Translations under genes and position numbers: made by a program
Source of the DNA: an uncultured Planctomycetales bacterium
GTDB taxonomy: Bacteria > Omnitrophota > Gorgyraeia > Zapsychrales > JAHFFX01
Assembly (NCBI GenBank): GCA_964620805.1
Contig: CAZUJQ010000001.1
Span: forward strand, 7,618 to 71,617
Reading direction: 5' to 3'
Length of the DNA: 64,000 nucleotides
The notes under the pieces: model-generated
Database searches by the model: none
What the model was told of the DNA's origin: nothing
The model's input: the letters and a program-made list of their open reading frames with translations, nothing else
In this document: piece after piece, positions 57,837-64,000 of the stretch
Layout: each line of letters starts with the position of its first letter
How positions within the stretch are numbered: position 1 is the stretch's first letter

Positions 57837-59042
57837 TTGGCTATAAAAAAGAAGAAAAGCAGCCTCAAAACTGCGTTGCGAAAGAAGCCCAGCCGTCTCA
57901 AGTCCTCAGCTCAAAGCCCAAAGCGTAAACCAGCAATAAAGCGCAAAACACCCGCGGTTTCCCCCTCTTTGCCCCAGGGAATCTTTAAGGAGGAGGAACT
58001 GCCGCAAACATACAATATCAGCTTCCTTGGACTTATGGCCAAGGATCCTTATCGGATCTTTGCCACCTGGGAAATTGCCCAGGAGGATTTAAAAAGATTG
58101 AGGACCAGGATAAAACAAGATGCTGATCTCTCCCGGATGGTTCTTCGGGTGTACGATGTGACGCTGGTCGATTTTAATGGGCATAACGCCAACAGTCATT
58201 TTGACATTGAGGTAGGAGACGCCACGAACTGGTATATCAGCTTGCCCTGCGATCATATTTGGGTTTGCGCCCAGATGGGCCTCAAGACAAAAAACGGAGA
58301 TTTTTTTCCGCTGGTTCGGTCCAACTTTGTGGAGACCCCTCGGGCCAGGCCATCCCCGCGCACCGAGGAGATTTGGATGACGGTCGTCCCCTCGGAGAAG
58401 TCAGCGCAAGAAAAGAGTCGGCCCCTAACTTCTGAGACTTATGCGGTGAGTCATCCCGTGGTTTTCTTAGAGGGTGCAGCCGAAGGCGCCGTTCCTCCGG
58501 TCATTGAAAAAAAGGAGACAAGGAAAATTTATCTGAGGCGTGAAGACATCTATCGGTATTATGCAGGATTGATGCCGCGGCTGCGCGATCTCATCGCGGA
58601 CCGGTTAAAGGCCCTCTACGGGAAAAGGCTTCATCGCTGGCAGCTTGCTGGGGAAGGCAAGGAGAAGAAGAGAGGGGTCCAGCACCTCTCCCGAAGCCGG
58701 TGGCAGGATGCTTGGCAAGGCGCCTCGGAATTTTGGGTAAAGGAGAGGGGCCTCCTCCCAAGCCAGTGGGGGGCCAGTGAGTCCGTTCACCAAAAGATTA
58801 AAGAGCGCCAATTCTTTTTCGAGATATGGGCAGATTTGATCGTATATGGCCGAACCCAGCCCCAGGCGGAAGTTCATCTTGCGGATCAAAATATTCCCCT
58901 GCGCCCCGATGGGACCTTCACTTTAAGATACGCTTTACCGGATGGCACGATACCTTTTGATTTCACCGCCTTGTCTTCAGATCGTATCGAAAAACGAAAG
59001 ATTGATATGGAGGTCAAAAGGTGGACCCGGGCCGCCCAATAA
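57837..59042 (+). CDS. DUF4912 domain protein
   Basis: LPQTY, KDP..ATWEI, LRVYDVT, WYI, RSN..TP; C-terminal ADLIVYGRT..RPDGTF..LPDG. Confidence 0.85.
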   Translation: MAIKKKKSSLKTALRKKPSRLKSSAQSPKRKPAIKRKTPAVSPSLPQGIFKEEELPQTYNISFLGLMAKDPYRIFATWEIAQEDLKRLRTRIKQDADLSRMVLRVYDVTLVDFNGHNANSHFDIEVGDATNWYISLPCDHIWVCAQMGLKTKNGDFFPLVRSNFVETPRARPSPRTEEIWMTVVPSEKSAQEKSRPLTSETYAVSHPVVFLEGAAEGAVPPVIEKKETRKIYLRREDIYRYYAGLMPRLRDLIADRLKALYGKRLHRWQLAGEGKEKKRGVQHLSRSRWQDAWQGASEFWVKERGLLPSQWGASESVHQKIKERQFFFEIWADLIVYGRTQPQAEVHLADQNIPLRPDGTFTLRYALPDGTIPFDFTALSSDRIEKRKIDMEVKRWTRAAQ

Positions 59043-60787
59043 CCCCACCCCCAGGGTACTTATGCTTGGTCTTGCATGCGCATCTTCCCTTTGTGCGCCA
59101 CCCGGAAGAAGAGTATTTCCTGGAAGAAAATTGGCTTTATGAGGCCCTGACCGAGACCTATATCCCTTTGATCAATGTCTTTGAACAGCTCATCCGGGAC
59201 CGCGTGCCTTTTCGTCTGACCATGTCTTTGACGCCCCCTTTAGTTTCGATGCTGCGGGATCCCCTCTTGCAAAGCCGGTATATTCGATATTTGGATCGGC
59301 TCATCGAACTCTCCGGAAAAGAAATCGAACGGACAGGTTATCAGCCGCATTTTCATGGGCTGGCCTTAATGTACAATCGTCGGTTCCAAGAGATGAGAGA
59401 CCTCTTTGCCAACCGTTATCAAAGAGATTTGGTCGGTGCCTTTAAACGGCTTCAAGATCAGGGCTTTTTGGAGATCCTGGCCTCGTGTGCCACCCACGGC
59501 GTGTTGCCGGTCTTAAACGTGCATCCCGAAAGCGTCCGGGCGCAAATTCATATCGGCGTAAAATATTACCAAAAAATTTTCGGCCGGCCTCCGAAGGGAT
59601 TATGGCTGCCGGAGTGCGCTTATTTCCGGGGTGTGGATGAGATTTTAAAAGAAGAGGGGGTGCGTTATTTTTTTATTGAGTCTCACGGGATCATCCATGG
59701 AGACCCCTCGCCCCGGTACAGCGTTTATGCGCCGGTCTATTGTCCTTCGGGGGTGGCCGCCTTCGGCCGGGATTGGGAATCTTCAAAGCAGGTTTGGAGC
59801 GCTCACGAAGGCTATCCCGGGGATCCAGCCTATCGGGAATATTACCGTGATATCGGATACGAGATGGAGTATGAATATTTGAAGCCGTACCTTCATCCCC
59901 AAGGATTTCGCATCAACACCGGTTTAAAGTACTGGCGGATTACCGGACCGACCGAAGCCAAGGAGCCCTACCAGCCGGATTGGGCTAAGGACAGGGCCTC
60001 TATTCATGCCGAAGACTTCATCCACCATCGCCACCAGCAGATCGCCGGCCTCGCCGGAGGCATGGATCGAAGGCCGATTGTGGTAGCGCCCTACGATGCT
60101 GAGCTCTTTGGGCACTGGTGGTTTGAAGGGCCCCTCTGGCTGGATTTTTTGTTACGCAAGATCGCTCGCCCTGAGACCAGGTTTCGAACCACGACACCCT
60201 CCGAGTACCTTATCGAATATCCCACCAATCAAATGGTTTACCCCTCGAGTTCCAGCTGGGGATATAAAGGGTATAACGAGTATTGGATCGAAGGATCCAA
60301 TGACTGGATCTATCGGCATCTCCATCTGGCCGGAGGGAGAATGACGCAATTGGCGGATCGATTCCTCTTGGAAAAGAACAGCCATGCGAAGCGCATGCAC
60401 GATAAGGAGGGGTGTGCCCTGCACCGTGACGGTGCAGGGCACACCTCCAACCGGAATGGGCCCGCCTCGTTAACGAGGCGGGCCCTCAATCAGGCGGCCC
60501 GTGAGCTCCTTTTGGCCCAGGCCAGCGACTGGCCGTTCATTATGAAAAGCGGGACCGTGGTCTCCTATGCCCATCGCCGGGTCAAAAATCACTTAAGCCG
60601 CTTTAACCGGCTTTATCATGACCTTCTTCAGGGGACGGTCGATGAAAATTGGTTGAAAGAATTGGAGAACAGGGATAATATATTTTCAGATATGGATTGC
60701 GCGGTTTGCTTTCGAAAGAGATTTAAGAATGGACATCCAATCTCATTGGACACAAAACACCAGCCACACGAAGCCCGAGCTTCCTGA
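59021..60787 (+). CDS. GH57 branching enzyme (DUF1957)
   Basis: LHAHLPFVRH, EALTETYIPL, WLPECAY, YDAELFGHWWFEG, ELLLAQASDW. Confidence 0.92.
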   Translation: MDPGRPITPPPGYLCLVLHAHLPFVRHPEEEYFLEENWLYEALTETYIPLINVFEQLIRDRVPFRLTMSLTPPLVSMLRDPLLQSRYIRYLDRLIELSGKEIERTGYQPHFHGLALMYNRRFQEMRDLFANRYQRDLVGAFKRLQDQGFLEILASCATHGVLPVLNVHPESVRAQIHIGVKYYQKIFGRPPKGLWLPECAYFRGVDEILKEEGVRYFFIESHGIIHGDPSPRYSVYAPVYCPSGVAAFGRDWESSKQVWSAHEGYPGDPAYREYYRDIGYEMEYEYLKPYLHPQGFRINTGLKYWRITGPTEAKEPYQPDWAKDRASIHAEDFIHHRHQQIAGLAGGMDRRPIVVAPYDAELFGHWWFEGPLWLDFLLRKIARPETRFRTTTPSEYLIEYPTNQMVYPSSSSWGYKGYNEYWIEGSNDWIYRHLHLAGGRMTQLADRFLLEKNSHAKRMHDKEGCALHRDGAGHTSNRNGPASLTRRALNQAARELLLAQASDWPFIMKSGTVVSYAHRRVKNHLSRFNRLYHDLLQGTVDENWLKELENRDNIFSDMDCAVCFRKRFKNGHPISLDTKHQPHEARAS

Positions 60788-62183
60788 TATCTTCTGGGAC
60801 ACGGAAAATTTAAGAAAATCCGGAAGGCCTTCGGGGGAGTTTTATGCGCCCATCTCCAATATCCCCTTTGATCAGGTGGAAGCGGCCTTTGGGATCGCCC
60901 TTCACATGCATCAACCCATGATTCCGGCCTCGAGCGATGACTTAAAAAATGCGGCCTTGATCAGCAACCTCCAGTATATGCTGGAGCACCCCTATATTCC
61001 CGATAATCACAACGCCCCTGTTTTTTTGAGATGCTACGAAAGGATGGCGGATATTATTCCCGAGCTCGTAGCCGATGGCAAGAATCCGCGGGTCATGCTG
61101 GATTATTCGGGAAATCTATTATGGGGGCTTCAGCAAATCGAAGGAGGCAGGGTTTTGGAGCGTTTAAAGGAGATCGCCTGCGATCCGCGCTATTATCGCA
61201 ACGTCGAGTGGCTGGGGACCCTGTGGTCGCATGCGGTCGTGTCGGGGACGCCGGTTCCGGACATCAAGCTCCACATCGAAGCGTGGCTTAGGCATTTCGC
61301 TTCGATCTTCGGCCAAGAGGCGCTTTCGCGGGTTAAGGGTTTTTCTCCACCGGAGATGCAGCTCCCCATTCATCCGGATGTCTGTTATGAATATGTCAAG
61401 GCCTTGAAGGAGGCGGGGTATGAATGGCTTTTGGCTCAGGAGCACACCGTGGAACATTTGGATGGCTCTCCTTTGAGGAGGCCTTACTTTCCGCACCGGC
61501 TGGTGGCAAAAAATTCTTTGGGCCAGATTCAGGAGATCTCAGTTCTTATCAAGACTCAAGGGTCCGATACCAAACTGGTGGGGCAAATGCAGCCGTATTA
61601 TGAAGCTAAAACCAAGAAGAGACAAGATTATCAGGGAAAGACATTGCCGCCGTACGTGGTGCAAATCAGCGATGGGGAAAACGGCGGCGTGATGATGAAC
61701 GAATTCCCACCGGCGTATCACAGGGCTTTTGATGAAATCACTCTCCAAGGCGTGGTGGCCATGAACGGTTCTGAGTATCTCGAACTCATCCGCAAGAATA
61801 CGGGAATCAAGGACAGCGACTTTGTTCCCGTGCAACCCGTGATGCAGCATAGGATCTGGGAGTTTTGGGAGGCGGGCGCTGCGCAAGCCATCGAGAGAGC
61901 CAAACAAAAATACCCGAATCTTTATCTGGATCAAGCCTCGTGGACGAACAATATCAGTTGGGTTAAGGGTTATGAAAATGTGCTGGATCCTATCCGGCGC
62001 TTAAGTGTCGCCTTTCATCAGCGGTTTGATATCACGAAAGAGACCAGCAGCCCAGCCTACCGGGAAGGCCTTGTGTATCTTCTTTTGTCCCAAACGAGCT
62101 GTTTTCGCTACTGGGGCGAGGGGGTGTGGACAGAGTACGCTAAGGAGATTTGTCGTAGAGGAATGGAGGTGTTGGTAATGTAA
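60729..62183 (+). CDS. GH57-family glycoside hydrolase
   Basis: HMHQP, GFSPPEM, DGENGGVMMNEFP, TSCFRYWG; start uncertain. Confidence 0.85.
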   Translation: MDIQSHWTQNTSHTKPELPDIFWDTENLRKSGRPSGEFYAPISNIPFDQVEAAFGIALHMHQPMIPASSDDLKNAALISNLQYMLEHPYIPDNHNAPVFLRCYERMADIIPELVADGKNPRVMLDYSGNLLWGLQQIEGGRVLERLKEIACDPRYYRNVEWLGTLWSHAVVSGTPVPDIKLHIEAWLRHFASIFGQEALSRVKGFSPPEMQLPIHPDVCYEYVKALKEAGYEWLLAQEHTVEHLDGSPLRRPYFPHRLVAKNSLGQIQEISVLIKTQGSDTKLVGQMQPYYEAKTKKRQDYQGKTLPPYVVQISDGENGGVMMNEFPPAYHRAFDEITLQGVVAMNGSEYLELIRKNTGIKDSDFVPVQPVMQHRIWEFWEAGAAQAIERAKQKYPNLYLDQASWTNNISWVKGYENVLDPIRRLSVAFHQRFDITKETSSPAYREGLVYLLLSQTSCFRYWGEGVWTEYAKEICRRGMEVLVM

Positions 62184-62184
62184 T

Positions 62185-62253
62185 TGGCTTACTGGGCATA
62201 TGGCGTATGGCATATGGCGTAAAAGGTAAAACCATAAGCCATTAGCCATAAGT
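62185..62253. repeat. Inverted heptamer array (TATGGCG / GCCATAA)
   Basis: catatggcgtatggcatatggcgt ... accataagccattagccataag. Confidence 0.7.
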
Positions 62254-62303
62254 TATAAACGTTGTTAGAAAAAAACATTATTTTAAAAAGGGAGAGAGAC
62301 GCC

Positions 62304-62594
62304 ATGAAACAACAAATCATTGAAGCGGCAGGAAAAACCTGGAGGACTTTGGGAGAAAAGGGAGAAGTGAACGTTCAGCAGCTTCCCCGGCTCCTCAATG
62401 AGAATGATGCCGTCACCTATCAGGCCTTGGGGTGGCTGGCCCGGGAAGATAAAATCAACTATGCCTCACGGAGCAACACTACCTTTGTCTCATTGGTGGA
62501 ATCGGAATTAAAGAATTTTAAGAATACACTTCAATCCGCAACCAAAGCCCAAACACAACCGAATACCACGAGCACTAAAGGTCGGAAAAGATAA
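62304..62594 (+). CDS. Small winged-helix protein (DUF2582-like)
   Basis: AAGKTWRTL, ALGWLAREDKI. Confidence 0.8.
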   Translation: MKQQIIEAAGKTWRTLGEKGEVNVQQLPRLLNENDAVTYQALGWLAREDKINYASRSNTTFVSLVESELKNFKNTLQSATKAQTQPNTTSTKGRKR

Positions 62595-62602
62595 CCCAGA
62601 CG

Positions 62603-63064
62603 ATTAAACGAAGTATAATTTTTTTATATCTTTTCGCTAGCTCAAGTTTCCTGTTTACCGAGACCACAACCGAGCAGGTGCTTCCGCCGGGTTTTTCTTC
62701 ACCTATAGAGGTTAAAGAAGCCCTCATCTACAGAGACGACGGAACCATCGGTATTACCGTGGAAGATGCGAGGGGACAGAAGCTTTCTTTTTGCCTAGAT
62801 GGAAGACTCAAGGAGCAAACCTTCTGGACACTCTTCCATGATACCTCCAAAGACAGGGCCCTTTATCTGGGAGGTCTTCATCCCTCTGATCCCCAGGCCC
62901 AGAAGCTGATAAAATCCGGAGAGATCGAAGGATTCATCCTTATAATGCTGCAGGATTGGCTTAAAAGACAATATCCTTCGCCTGAAGAGCTGAAGGGCTC
63001 AATAAAAGCCGGCTTGGTGACAAAGGTTGTTGAGGTTTTAAAGAATCGCTCCCATGGAAAATAA
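62603..63064 (+). CDS. Hypothetical exported protein (start uncertain)
   Basis: Open frame; signal-peptide-like IKRSIIFLYLFASSSFLF begins at ATT 62603, first canonical start GTG 62678. Confidence 0.45.
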   Translation: MKRSIIFLYLFASSSFLFTETTTEQVLPPGFSSPIEVKEALIYRDDGTIGITVEDARGQKLSFCLDGRLKEQTFWTLFHDTSKDRALYLGGLHPSDPQAQKLIKSGEIEGFILIMLQDWLKRQYPSPEELKGSIKAGLVTKVVEVLKNRSHGK

Positions 63065-64000
63065 GTACATCTGTATCCATGGCCATTTCTATCAGCCCCC
63101 TCGGGAAAATCCTTGGCTCGATGAGATTGAAACAGAGGACTCTGCGTATCCGTATCCAAACTGGAACGAAAGAATTACGGAGGAATGTTACTCAGCCAAT
63201 GCCTTTTGCCGTTTTGTGGATGCCCCCAAGAAATCCGTGGAGATTGTCAACAACTATACCAAGATCAGCTTTAATTTTGGCCCCACCTTATTATCCTGGC
63301 TTAAACGAAAACAACCCGAAGTTTACCAGACGATTCTGGAAGCTGACCAAGAGAGTCAGAAGAGGTTTTCCGGTCACGGTGCCGCCTTGGCCCAGGCCTA
63401 TAATCACATCATTATGCCGCTGGCCTCTTCGTGGGATAAAAGAACTCAAGTCCTCTGGGGAATCAAGGATTTTGAGCACCGCTTCAAGCGTAAACCCGAG
63501 GGGATGTGGCTGCCGGAAACAGCGGTGGATCTGGAAACACTGGATATCCTCTCCGAATATGGAATACGATTCACCATCCTCGCCCCTCATCAAGCCGCCT
63601 ATACGAAAAGTGTCTCGGATGGGGAGTGGGAGGAGGTGAGCGGGGGAAGGATAGACCCCACTCAGCCGTATCTGTGCCGCTTGCCCTCCGGGAGATCGAT
63701 TGCCCTTTTTTTCTATCATGGGCCTCTGGCGCACGGTGTCGCCTTTGGGGGTTTTCTCCGTAACGGCGAGGAACTGGCGCAACGTTTCGGGGACACGCTC
63801 AATAGTCCTACGGACAGGGATCTCCCAAGGCTGCTTCATATTGCGGTAGATGGAGAGACGTACGGTCATCATCATCGTTTCGGAGACATGGCCTTGGCGC
63901 ATTGTCTCGATTCCATTCAAACGAAAAGACGGGGGGACCTCACCATCTACGCAGAGTTCCTCGAACGTTTTCCTCCGAGCTACGAGGTCAAAATCCAAGA
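63054..64000 (+). CDS. DUF3536 / GH57-family protein (3'-truncated; absent from ORF track)
   Basis: MENKYICIHGHFYQPPRENPW, NWNERITEECY, SFNFGPTLLSW, GMWLPETAVD, DGETYGHH. Confidence 0.9.
   Translation, partial: MENKYICIHGHFYQPPRENPWLDEIETEDSAYPYPNWNERITEECYSANAFCRFVDAPKKSVEIVNNYTKISFNFGPTLLSWLKRKQPEVYQTILEADQESQKRFSGHGAALAQAYNHIIMPLASSWDKRTQVLWGIKDFEHRFKRKPEGMWLPETAVDLETLDILSEYGIRFTILAPHQAAYTKSVSDGEWEEVSGGRIDPTQPYLCRLPSGRSIALFFYHGPLAHGVAFGGFLRNGEELAQRFGDTLNSPTDRDLPRLLHIAVDGETYGHHHRFGDMALAHCLDSIQTKRRGDLTIYAEFLERFPPSYEVKIQ

Noticed and set aside
63079-63998. ORF-track calls 63079..63639 (+) and 63291..63998 (-)
   Set aside because: The real gene is the DUF3536/GH57 frame from 63054 that runs off the window.

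Overview
Bacterial chromosomal window with almost all genes on the + strand. Gene content and repeat style suggest a PVC-type lineage such as Ca. Omnitrophota, but this is an inference. In order it holds: (1) a threonine/aspartate-family operon (thrC, stand-alone coaB, iPGM-like putative homoserine kinase, lysC, cimA) and valS; (2) htpX and small membrane genes; (3) a ~31 kb aerobic-respiration supercluster with system II cytochrome c maturation, Moco genes, hemA/hemH, a split cytochrome b Rieske complex with an octaheme cytochrome c, a cupredoxin, an A1-type cytochrome c oxidase lacking the K-channel lysine, and ctaA/ctaB/SCO; (4) ferredoxins, a cold-shock gene, moaC, apbE, thyA-folA; (5) a decaying esterase/CARDB islet; (6) a REC-EAL gene and a glycogen cluster (GH13 glgB, GT4, three GH57). 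Single selfish or defence genes (Bro-N, HEPN-MNT, ankyrin, NYN, AbiEi/AbiEii, AAA-DUF4143) are wedged between operon genes. The main unexplained signals are a NYN RNase with a fully specified convergent antisense sRNA (promoter, two hairpins, terminator) and a modular family of nested miniature inverted-repeat elements that insert in frame into hemH, folA, ccsA, mobA and a GH57 gene, or supply stop codons. No rRNA, tRNA, CRISPR array or transposase was seen.
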